Below, in pieces: positions 23,205-31,787 of a stretch of 32,000 bases of DNA. The stretch is from Candidatus Saccharimonadota bacterium (lineage in GTDB: Bacteria; Patescibacteriota; Saccharimonadia; Saccharimonadales; Saccharimonadaceae), in the NCBI GenBank assembly GCA_025349965.1, contig CP075337.1, forward strand, positions 1-32,000, written 5' to 3'. Position numbers and translations under genes: made by a program. Each line of letters opens with the position of its first letter. Positions within the stretch are counted from its first letter, which is position 1. The notes under the pieces were generated by a model, which had not been told where the DNA came from, searched no databases, and saw only the letters and a program-made list of their open reading frames with translations.

Positions 23205-25024
23205 TGGCTAAAAAACGAAGCGCTATTGATATTGCAGCCGAGCAACGCGCTCGCGAGCAAACCGAGGTAGAACAGGCGTTTCTTAAGGGTGTATCAACAC
23301 TCCGTGATTTAATTGCGCCGAGTAGCCTTGAAATCCATTCATCCCACTTTAGACTTGGTACAAAATACGGGCGAACGCTGTATGTGTACGGATATCCGCG
23401 CGAAATCTACACCGGCTGGCTTAGTTCGATTATTAACATTGACGAAGTACTCGACGTCAGCATGTATATTTATCCTGTTGAGAGTCAGGTGGTACTTAAT
23501 AACCTCCGCAAAAAGGTAACTCAGCTTGAAGCAAGTTACGCTATTAATAGTGAAAAGGGTAAGGTTCGCGACCCAGCGCTCGAAGCCGCCATTAGTGACG
23601 CGGAAGAACTTCGCGACAAGATCCAAATCGGAGCAGAGCGCTTTTTCCGTTTTGGGCTCTATGTCACACTTTGGGCCGACAGTATGGACGAGCTTAACTT
23701 TGTTCAACAAAAAATTGAAACTATTTTTGGTCAGCAAATGGTGTTTAGTAAGGTTGCGTCCTCACAGCAAGAACAGGGACTTAACAGTACTGTTCCGCAA
23801 ATGTCTGACGAGCTTCAGATTCGTCGCAACATGAACACCGGAGCTATCAGTACAAGCTTCCCGTTCACTAGCGCCGACCTTACAGATAACTCAGGTATTC
23901 TCTACGGTATTAATATGCATAATAATGGACTTGTTATCTTTGATCGCTACCGTCTTGAAAACGCAAATGCGGTCGTCTTCGCAAAGTCTGGTGCAGGTAA
24001 GTCATTCACAGTGAAACTTGAAGCACTCCGCAGTATGATGATGGGTACAGAAATTATTATCATTGACCCTGAAAACGAATACCAAAAACTTGCCGAAGCA
24101 GTAGGGGGCGCGTACGTCCGGCTCAGTCTCAACTCACAGGTGCGCATTAATCCATTCGACCTACCGCGTGTCATTGACAGTGACGAGGCTGATGATGCAC
24201 TACGAGCAAACCTTGTAACACTTCACGGGCTCTTCCGCCTCATGCTTGGTGGTTCGCAAACTACCGCTAATGGTTCGGTTATGTCCGGCCTCACCCCTGC
24301 GGAAGAGGCGGATCTTGACCAAGCGCTTATCGACACCTATGCACGCGTAGGAATTACAAGCGACCCGCTCACGCACAACTCACCACCGCCAACCATCGCC
24401 GATCTTTACGACACCCTTCTTCATATGGGCGGGAGCGGACCAGCCCTTGCACAGCGTCTTCGTAAGTACACGACTGGTACATTCGCTGGTATTTTCAGCC
24501 AGCAGTCAAACATTGATATCAATAACCCAATGGTTGTATTTAATATTCGCGACCTTGAAGACGAACTTCGCCCTGTTGCGATGTATATCGTCCTGAGCCA
24601 CATATGGAATATTACTCGCACCATTCAGAAGAAACGTATGCTTATCGTCGATGAAGCGTGGCAACTCATGAAATACGAAGACTCTGCTAACTTCCTCTTT
24701 AGCCTTGCAAAGCGTGCTCGTAAATATCACCTTGGACTCACAACCATCACACAAGATGTCGAGGACTTCATTAGCAGCAAGATGGGCCGTGCCATTGTCG
24801 CCAATAGCTCAATTCAACTCCTCTTAAAGCAATCTTCAAGTGCCGTTGATGTCCTCTCTGATGTATTTAAGCTTACTGAAGAAGAAAAAAAGCGTCTTTC
24901 AAACTTCCCAATTGGGCAAGGACTATTCTTTGCAGGACAAAGTCACGTTCATATCCAGATTCAAGCAAGCGCAACAGAACACCAACTTATCACTACTAAT
25001 CCGAATACTAAAGCCGGCTCGTAG
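23204..25024 (+). CDS. virB4: VirB4-family T4SS ATPase (TraE/TrsE/PrgJ-like)
   Basis: 606 aa. N-domain GTKYGRTLYVYGYPREIYTGWL, Walker A FAKSGAGKSF (about 23981-24010), IIIDPENEY, Walker B MLIVDEAW (about 24638-24661), and TTITQDVEDF. Confidence 0.88.
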   Translation: MAKKRSAIDIAAEQRAREQTEVEQAFLKGVSTLRDLIAPSSLEIHSSHFRLGTKYGRTLYVYGYPREIYTGWLSSIINIDEVLDVSMYIYPVESQVVLNNLRKKVTQLEASYAINSEKGKVRDPALEAAISDAEELRDKIQIGAERFFRFGLYVTLWADSMDELNFVQQKIETIFGQQMVFSKVASSQQEQGLNSTVPQMSDELQIRRNMNTGAISTSFPFTSADLTDNSGILYGINMHNNGLVIFDRYRLENANAVVFAKSGAGKSFTVKLEALRSMMMGTEIIIIDPENEYQKLAEAVGGAYVRLSLNSQVRINPFDLPRVIDSDEADDALRANLVTLHGLFRLMLGGSQTTANGSVMSGLTPAEEADLDQALIDTYARVGITSDPLTHNSPPPTIADLYDTLLHMGGSGPALAQRLRKYTTGTFAGIFSQQSNIDINNPMVVFNIRDLEDELRPVAMYIVLSHIWNITRTIQKKRMLIVDEAWQLMKYEDSANFLFSLAKRARKYHLGLTTITQDVEDFISSKMGRAIVANSSIQLLLKQSSSAVDVLSDVFKLTEEEKKRLSNFPIGQGLFFAGQSHVHIQIQASATEHQLITTNPNTKAGS

Positions 25025-25043
25025 CGTATACTAAAAGGTAGTT

Positions 25044-27851
25044 ATGGCGCTATTATCACCAGACGCAGACCAAGATGAAGCACTGAATAAAGGTCAACAG
25101 AATTATGATGACCGTTTTGCTTCGATTGCACACGCGGAAGAAAATGCCACTTCTAGTAGAGCTGACGGCGAATTAGATAAACCCACAAGCTTAGATGACG
25201 AGGCCGGAGATTGGAACTCTACTTTCGGAGAGAAGAAAGAAAGTGCCACATCAAAAGGGCGTCGCTTTTTTAGTAAAAACTTCTTAAAAAAATCCTCCCC
25301 TCTACTTGGTGCTGGGGGTATTATTGCATTGCTTGGATTTGTATTCACAGGACTAACCGCGCCTAGTCTTCTTTTTGTTCAAATGAAAGAGACGATGGTG
25401 GATAGATTCAATACCCAGCTCGCAACCATGGAGGCTCGGTCTAATAAACTTCTACACTCAAAGGTTAACAATTCCACAAAGGGATACTGTGGTGCAAAGA
25501 TTACTATACGCTGTAAGTTTAGCAGCCTTCCTGAAAGGCACTTAAAAAAGCTCAAAGCTGCAGGTATTACATTTGCAAATGAATCAAAAAATGCCCTTGG
25601 GAGAACAACGTTTACTGCATACATCATAGACGGCAAGGAAATACCCGCCCAAGACTTCAATAGAGAAGTTGCATCAAATGCAAAACTAAGATCAGCCCTC
25701 CGACAAGCTTATAACCCAAAATTTGGTGGTTTTATTGGTAAGGGCTGGCAAAAAATTGCCTCCCGGTTCAAAATAAAAAAACAAATGCCCGAATTTGACG
25801 CAGAGAAAGATCCGAAGGGTGCACAAACAAAGCTTAATAAGGTGGGCAAAGAGGGTGTTGCTGCGATCAACGCCAACTCAAAACTAAAAGCAGGCGAGTC
25901 GACACCACTGGGTTGTGACGGCGACTGCAACACGCTCTCAGACGACAACATAAAAGCAATTGATAATACATCAAAGTCTATCGAGGAAGCAGGTAAAAGC
26001 GGCCAAGCAGCTCAAGTCGCCCGGAAGACCCTGAGTGGTGTAGGTCTAAACAGTGTGACGTCGGCTATTAAAATTACTGGGCCCATGGATAGTGCTTGTA
26101 TGGTTTATGGCACAGCAAACACACTGTCGTTTGCTATTAAAACAATAAGAAATGCACAGATGATCCGCTTCGCAATGGTCTTTCTTTCCACTGCCGATAC
26201 TATCAAAGCCGGTCAAAACCCAGATCCTAAGAATATAGAATTCCTAGGAAAAAATCTCACTAATACAATAAAAGACCCTGACAACCCAAGCAAAACTCTT
26301 GTAGGTAGTGCAACAGATTCCTTTGGATATAAATACGCCGCCTACGGTGATGCGACAGCATCTAACAAAAGTCTTAATATATCAAACAGGTTTAAGGCAG
26401 GTGGAGGCTTCTCTGGTGATATCGACGCAACACTTAATACGATCTACTCTTTTGTACCTGGTGGAAAATCATCGTTACGTGGAACTTGTGGTGTACTAGG
26501 TAACCCATTTGTACAAGCCGGATCCCTTATTGTAGGTATTGCTTCACTATTTGTTCCGGGCGCCAATGTTGGAAAGATTATAGTCTCTGGAGTTGCAGCT
26601 GCAGCTGTTGGCGTTGCGATGGCTATATTACCAGATCTAATAGCGGACACTCTAGCAGGAAGTGTTACCGACGATATTTCAGGTGAAGAGTCTGGAAACG
26701 CCATCGCCTCAGGTTCGGGCGCGATGATGTCTTCTCTCGCCACTAGTAATGGTGTCGGTTATATGAACAAAGACCAGGCTCTTGCATACAACGGCACACT
26801 TACAGAAACCAAGAATGACTATATTGCGATGGAACGCTCAGAAAAAAGTCCATTTGACCCAACAAGTCCGCACACTTTTGTCGGGTCGATGGTTTCAAAC
26901 GTCATACCTATTATTAATTCAGCAGATAGCAACCCGGTCACGGTAATTGGAAGCTTTTTATCCAGTTCACTTCAAGGCATCCTCCCTAAGGCTTCAGCTC
27001 TCACCAACGAACAGTACTCTAAAGTGTTAGATAGCTGCTCAGACTTAGATCTTATCGATGCAGGCGTTGCTACAGACCCATTCTGTAATACCATTAACGG
27101 AATTCCGCCTCAGTATCTCGGCAAAGATCCTATTAAGGTTATCGATGAGCTTGGAAGTGATATCAGCGAGGATGGAAAACCTCAAGGTGAATATAAAGAA
27201 TTTGTAAGTAAGTGTATAGAATCAGAAGATCCTTTCGGATACCATGACGGCGGGAGTGGTATGTCTTTCGACCCAGATCGCGCAAAGGAATGTATTATTA
27301 ACGACTCAAATGCAAATTACTACCTCAACTACGTAGATAGTCGAATAGAAGAAAATATGGACTATGAGAGTAAATCTCAACAAAAAACAAGCTCTGGAGA
27401 ATGGGTTAACCCTCTATTGAATACTGTCCCCTGGGGAACTTACACAAGTGGTAGAAGTCATGGAAAGGGGGCGATTGATATGCAAGCAACTACCGGTACG
27501 CCAGTCCACGCAGCCTCTTCGGGAACTGTTATTGCAGCAGGCGAGGACTCGAGTTACGGAAACTTTGTGACTATTCAACACAGTGATGGCTCAGTAACTC
27601 ATTACGGTCACTTCGACAAGACACCTTTAGTTAAAACGGGTGACACGGTTGCGACCGGTCAACAAATAGGTGTAGCGGGAAATACCGGTGACTCAGACGG
27701 GGCTCATCTTCACTTTGAAGGAAGAACTTCCCCTGAATGGGGTTCAATCGTACCAACATACACGTTTATGAAAGAGCGGGGTGTTGATCTCGGACCATGT
27801 AGTGTAACATCTTACTGGGAAGGTCCATGTAGCCTCTCCGGATACCAGTAA
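25044..27851 (+). CDS. Large membrane protein with a C-terminal M23 (LytM-type) peptidoglycan endopeptidase domain; presumed T4SS wall hydrolase (VirB1/PrgK role)
   Basis: 935 aa. Acidic N-terminus, a TM helix (LLGAGGIIALLGFVFTGLTAPSLLFV) and internal hydrophobic helices (SLIVGIASLFV, IIVSGVAAAAVGVAMAILP). M23 motifs HGKGAID and GDSDGAHLHFE lie near the C-terminus (about 27440-27725). Confidence 0.85.
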   Translation: MALLSPDADQDEALNKGQQNYDDRFASIAHAEENATSSRADGELDKPTSLDDEAGDWNSTFGEKKESATSKGRRFFSKNFLKKSSPLLGAGGIIALLGFVFTGLTAPSLLFVQMKETMVDRFNTQLATMEARSNKLLHSKVNNSTKGYCGAKITIRCKFSSLPERHLKKLKAAGITFANESKNALGRTTFTAYIIDGKEIPAQDFNREVASNAKLRSALRQAYNPKFGGFIGKGWQKIASRFKIKKQMPEFDAEKDPKGAQTKLNKVGKEGVAAINANSKLKAGESTPLGCDGDCNTLSDDNIKAIDNTSKSIEEAGKSGQAAQVARKTLSGVGLNSVTSAIKITGPMDSACMVYGTANTLSFAIKTIRNAQMIRFAMVFLSTADTIKAGQNPDPKNIEFLGKNLTNTIKDPDNPSKTLVGSATDSFGYKYAAYGDATASNKSLNISNRFKAGGGFSGDIDATLNTIYSFVPGGKSSLRGTCGVLGNPFVQAGSLIVGIASLFVPGANVGKIIVSGVAAAAVGVAMAILPDLIADTLAGSVTDDISGEESGNAIASGSGAMMSSLATSNGVGYMNKDQALAYNGTLTETKNDYIAMERSEKSPFDPTSPHTFVGSMVSNVIPIINSADSNPVTVIGSFLSSSLQGILPKASALTNEQYSKVLDSCSDLDLIDAGVATDPFCNTINGIPPQYLGKDPIKVIDELGSDISEDGKPQGEYKEFVSKCIESEDPFGYHDGGSGMSFDPDRAKECIINDSNANYYLNYVDSRIEENMDYESKSQQKTSSGEWVNPLLNTVPWGTYTSGRSHGKGAIDMQATTGTPVHAASSGTVIAAGEDSSYGNFVTIQHSDGSVTHYGHFDKTPLVKTGDTVATGQQIGVAGNTGDSDGAHLHFEGRTSPEWGSIVPTYTFMKERGVDLGPCSVTSYWEGPCSLSGYQ

Positions 27852-28889
27852 CTATAGCTCTATATGTAAAAATCCGTCATACGTCAGCTTTGTCGCTGAA
27901 CTAATAATCACCTGATTATCCTTAAAATAATCAATGATATAATCCTGCCTGTCTTTATCAAGCTCAGAAAAAACGTCATCCAATAAAATAAGTGGACGTT
28001 TTCCGGTAGACTGCGCAATCATAGACTCTTCTATGCGCTTCAACGCCAGAAGGATTGTCCGCACCTCGCCACGCGAGGCAACGGAAAGAGCAGGGGAGTT
28101 ATTGAAGTTGAATACAATATCATGACGGTGCGGGCCAACACTGGTATGTTTCACAACTCTATCGTAAGCAAACTTACCCTCTAGCTCGCGGAGTAGTTTT
28201 TGTGCCGAATGATCAATAATTGTATGCGAGTAGTGCACAGTCACCTCATCGTCAGTGTGTGCAATTTCGTGGTAGTAATTATTTAATTCCTTATTAATAA
28301 GCTCGACAGCCTGGACGCGCTGTTCAATAATTTTTGCACCGTATTCACTTAACGAGATATTCCATGCAAATAAATCTTCATTAGATATGAATTCTTTTTT
28401 AAGGAGAGTGTTTCGCTGCTTAAGAGCTCGCTCATACTTCCGAAGTGTCATTCCGTACGTTGGATCTATTTGCGTAATAAAACGGTCAATAAAGAGCCTT
28501 CTACGCGCCGGGGAGCCGTGAAGAAGCCGTAGGTCTTCAGGTTCAAATAGGACAATTGGATATTTGCTTCGTGGCGAGAGTCTATACGAAGTCTTATCAT
28601 CAACAATAAAGCGTTTTTTGCCACTCGCACGAGAGGGATCAAAAGTAACAGATCGAGAGGCGTCATCATCAAGCCCAAGATCAATTCTATACCACGGCGC
28701 ATTTTGCTGAAGAATATCAGCGTCCACGCCCTTAAACGAGGTGCCCTGAAGTGCAACATACACCGCTTCCAGAAGTGTCGTCTTTCCGATACCGTTCTTG
28801 CCTGTGATTACAGTTACGCCCGAAGAAAGGGTAACTTTCTTATTCTCGTGCGAACGAACATTTAAAACAGAGAGGCTTTTGATAACCAT
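27852..28889 (-). CDS. recF: DNA replication/repair protein RecF
   Basis: Walker A GKNGIGKTTLLEA, SMC-like signature region and Walker B LILLDDVFSELD. It lies immediately downstream of dnaN. Confidence 0.92.
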   Translation of the reverse strand: MVIKSLSVLNVRSHENKKVTLSSGVTVITGKNGIGKTTLLEAVYVALQGTSFKGVDADILQQNAPWYRIDLGLDDDASRSVTFDPSRASGKKRFIVDDKTSYRLSPRSKYPIVLFEPEDLRLLHGSPARRRLFIDRFITQIDPTYGMTLRKYERALKQRNTLLKKEFISNEDLFAWNISLSEYGAKIIEQRVQAVELINKELNNYYHEIAHTDDEVTVHYSHTIIDHSAQKLLRELEGKFAYDRVVKHTSVGPHRHDIVFNFNNSPALSVASRGEVRTILLALKRIEESMIAQSTGKRPLILLDDVFSELDKDRQDYIIDYFKDNQVIISSATKLTYDGFLHIEL

Positions 28890-28890
28890 A

Positions 28891-29991
28891 TTAGCTCTTA
28901 AGTGGCATAATCACGTGGTAGTAATTAGTATTCTCATCTGTGGATTTTAATATACATGGAGAAAGTTTGCCGCTGAAGTTAAAACTAATCGTTGTAGCAT
29001 CAACAACATTTAACGCTTCCGATAAGTACCGTGAGTTAAGCGTAATCTGGCCATCGCCAGTTACCTCAGCTTCAAGTTCCGAAGTGTTTTCACCGAACTC
29101 AGAGGCAATAGAGTGGAGTGAAACATTCTTCGCCTCACTGTCCACAGTTACCGTAACACTTCCGCCTGATTCACGAGCAAAGAGCCCGGCCACCTTGGTG
29201 ACACGGCTAAACTCTGCTTTATTCATTACAGCTACAATGTCTGAATTTGCTGGTATGAGCTGACGATAGTCTGGAAAATTACCATCGATAAGGCGACTAA
29301 TCACCTCAGCCTCATCAATCCTGAAGCGCACCTGGCTTTCATCAAAGAGAATATCAACTGTTTCAGCGCTATCAGGGATGGTTCGAAGTACTTCCTGAAG
29401 CGTCTGGACGGGAATAATTGCTGCAACTTCACTTTTAGTCTCCACGAGACGTCGCTCAGAGAGCCGATAGCCATCTGTTGCAGCCAGATAAATCCATCCT
29501 TCATGTGAATGCCAATATACACCAGTAAGTACCGGGCGAGTTGCATCAGAGCTTGCCGTAATGACGGTTTGTGCAACTGCTTGCTTGAACTCTTCAGCGT
29601 TAATAGCGTAACTGACTGACTTATCTTCTTCGATAACAGGAAGTTCAGGGAAGTCATCAGCGATAACTCCATTGATAACTGAACGATACTTTCCACTAGT
29701 GATGTGAATAGTATCGCCAACACCTTTTAGCTCTATTTGCCCCTTTGGCAGACTGCTAACAAATTCCGAAATAAGACGAGCGGGAACGGTAATTGCTCCT
29801 GGTTTTGCAATATTCGCGCCAATATACTGGGTGGTTGCAATCTCAAGGTTTGTTGCAGCGATAAGTAGTCTATTTCCATCCGTCCTAAGGAGGATGTTTC
29901 CCAAAATAGGGAGCTGTGTCTTTGTACTTGCTACTCGCCCTACGGCAGATAGTGCTTTGGAGAGATTTTCCTGGGTTACAGAGAGTTCCAT
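28891..29991 (-). CDS. dnaN: DNA polymerase III beta sliding clamp
   Basis: 366 aa. N-terminus MELSVTQENLSKALSAVGRVASTKTQLPILGNILL, the three-domain clamp length, and position between dnaA and recF. AAGGA lies 11 nt upstream of the ATG. Confidence 0.93.
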   Translation of the reverse strand: MELSVTQENLSKALSAVGRVASTKTQLPILGNILLRTDGNRLLIAATNLEIATTQYIGANIAKPGAITVPARLISEFVSSLPKGQIELKGVGDTIHITSGKYRSVINGVIADDFPELPVIEEDKSVSYAINAEEFKQAVAQTVITASSDATRPVLTGVYWHSHEGWIYLAATDGYRLSERRLVETKSEVAAIIPVQTLQEVLRTIPDSAETVDILFDESQVRFRIDEAEVISRLIDGNFPDYRQLIPANSDIVAVMNKAEFSRVTKVAGLFARESGGSVTVTVDSEAKNVSLHSIASEFGENTSELEAEVTGDGQITLNSRYLSEALNVVDATTISFNFSGKLSPCILKSTDENTNYYHVIMPLKS

Positions 29992-30267
29992 TATTATTAG
30001 ATCCTTTCTTATTTTTCTTTCGCTTTAGTAATAGTAGGGTATGTGGATAATGTGTAAAACTGTCGATTGTTCAGAGGTGAAAAGAGGGTTTTAAGCTGTG
30101 TAAATACCTGGTGGAATTCTGCTGAAAAAATGAGGAATACTGTGTGGATATACCCAGCTTTCTTGAGCTTAGTGAGGTGCTGGCGTAGAGCTGGGGATGA
30201 GTATCCACCTGTTTCTACAGTAGGTATACCCAAGTTGTACACATTTTTTATCCAGTTATAAACAGCC
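29992..30267. other. dnaA-dnaN intergenic oriC segment with DnaA boxes, a DnaA-trio-like run and an AT-rich tract
   Basis: Perfect box TGTGGATAA at 30042-30050, with a tandem degenerate box TGTGTAAAA at 30051-30059. TAG-TAA-TAG-TAG at 30026-30037, then GG. AT-rich tract at 29992-30025. Further boxes: TGTGGATAT at 30143-30151, and 2-mismatch boxes at 30192-30200, 30201-30209 and 30248-30256. Confidence 0.7.
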
Positions 30268-31740
30268 CTATGCATAGAGGCGCTCCTTAATGGTTTCCAC
30301 TTGCTGACGCAATACCTGGTCAAGTTTCATGGCCTTCTCAATCTTTTCAACAGAGTGGATAGCGGTTGTATGGTCTTTGCGGCCAAGTTCACCTGCGATC
30401 TTAGGGAAACTTAAGTGAAGCTCGCTCCGTAAGAGGTACATAGCTATTTGGCGCGGAGTAACGATATGCTTGTCGCGCTTGCTACTGCAGATCTCCTCGA
30501 CCTTTAACTGAAAGTGCTTAGCTGTTTTGTCTATAACCTGCTTACTTGTGATATGTTGCGGACGTGAACGACGCGCATTACCAAGAAGTCCTTCAGCGGT
30601 TGCAATATCTGGTTCTGCACCATGAAGCTCAGCGTAGGCGAGGAGTTGATTGAGTACACCTTCAAGCTCACGAATATTCGTCTTGACGTTATTTGCAAGG
30701 AATTCAACTGTTTCAGGGCTGAGGCTCACGCCGGAAAGTCCGGCCTTTGCATTAATGATGGCACAACGAGTTTCAAAGTCTGGCATTTGAATATCAATAC
30801 TCATTCCCATCTCAAAGCGACTACGAAGACGTTCGGTGAGGGTTGGAATACTCTTTGGTGGTTTGTCGCTTGAGATAATAATCTGCTTATTGTTCTGATG
30901 AAGGAAGTTGAAGGTGTGGAAGAATTCTTCCTGAGTCTTTTCCTTGTTAGCAATAAACTGCATGTCGTCAACAATCAATACGTCAACATTGCGGTACTTG
31001 TCCGAGAAGCCCTTTTTCTTAAAGCGAATATAGTCAAGGAACTCATTTACGAACGTTTCAGAGCTGATGTACATCACTCGAGCATCTGGCGAATTCTTAA
31101 GAATCTCATTGCCAATTGCCTGCATAAGGTGAGTTTTACCTAGACCAACGCCGCCGTAAAAATAGAGGGGGTTGTATTTTACGCCCGGGTTTACAGCAAC
31201 TGCTTGACTCGCAGAGTAGGCGAGGTCGTTACTGGAGCCAACAATGAAGTTGTCGAATGTGTAGCGGGGATTGAGATTTCCGCGCGCAGCAAGAGGGGAG
31301 ACTGCTGGCGTATGAACTTGATAGGCGGCCGCAGGGCTGGCGCTACTCATCGTACCGACGGTTGCAATGTGATTCGCGGAGGAGCGTGGGTCTTGAGGTT
31401 CAGTCATTTGCTGAGGAAAGGCGAGTGAAGTTTCCGTGGTTGTTTCACGGCTAATGCGAGGGCGTTTACTGCTAGAGGGGATAGTGAATGTAAGCTTAGG
31501 GGCGTTGACACCATTCTTGGTAAGGAGCTCACGAAGAGTGGGGTTGAGTTTTGTTTCGAACTGGCGACGGATGAAAACATTCGGCACTTCAAGTACGGCC
31601 TCTTCGTCATTAAATTGCACCAAAGTTGTCTTTTCCCAGAACACTTTATAGTTAGGCCCCGATTTTAGCTCCATTTCTCCGGCAATGCTATGCCAAATTG
31701 AGCGTGCATCTTGCTGCATGAATCCCCTCACTTCACTCAT
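30268..31740 (-). CDS. dnaA: Chromosomal replication initiator protein DnaA
   Basis: AAA+ Walker A GGVGLGKTHL, Walker B LIVDDMQF, and a C-terminal DNA-binding domain (HTTAIHSVEKI). The start is ambiguous. ATG 31740 has TACTAT 6 nt upstream, ATG 31719 has GAGGGGA upstream, and the longest ORF reaches 31797 but would then cover a DnaA box. Confidence 0.9.
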   Translation of the reverse strand: MSEVRGFMQQDARSIWHSIAGEMELKSGPNYKVFWEKTTLVQFNDEEAVLEVPNVFIRRQFETKLNPTLRELLTKNGVNAPKLTFTIPSSSKRPRISRETTTETSLAFPQQMTEPQDPRSSANHIATVGTMSSASPAAAYQVHTPAVSPLAARGNLNPRYTFDNFIVGSSNDLAYSASQAVAVNPGVKYNPLYFYGGVGLGKTHLMQAIGNEILKNSPDARVMYISSETFVNEFLDYIRFKKKGFSDKYRNVDVLIVDDMQFIANKEKTQEEFFHTFNFLHQNNKQIIISSDKPPKSIPTLTERLRSRFEMGMSIDIQMPDFETRCAIINAKAGLSGVSLSPETVEFLANNVKTNIRELEGVLNQLLAYAELHGAEPDIATAEGLLGNARRSRPQHITSKQVIDKTAKHFQLKVEEICSSKRDKHIVTPRQIAMYLLRSELHLSFPKIAGELGRKDHTTAIHSVEKIEKAMKLDQVLRQQVETIKERLYA

Positions 31741-31787
31741 TGTTAGATAGTATTGAGTACTGCTACCACTATACGCCGAGACGATAC

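Noticed and set aside
12071-27851. The T4SS region as an integrative conjugative element inserted at one of the tRNA-Ser genes
   Set aside because: I found no integrase, relaxase or coupling protein, and no direct repeat of a tRNA 3' end. The tRNA 3' ends point away from the T4SS genes, and housekeeping genes (comFC, hsp20) intervene. This cannot be fully excluded without the flanking sequence and a composition analysis.
30009-30323. ORFs of 104 aa (- strand) and 64 aa (+ strand) in the dnaA-dnaN spacer, and a 62-aa ORF at 31769-31957
   Set aside because: These regions carry DnaA boxes and AT-rich origin elements. The ORFs have no ribosome-binding site and have odd composition. oriC is the better explanation.
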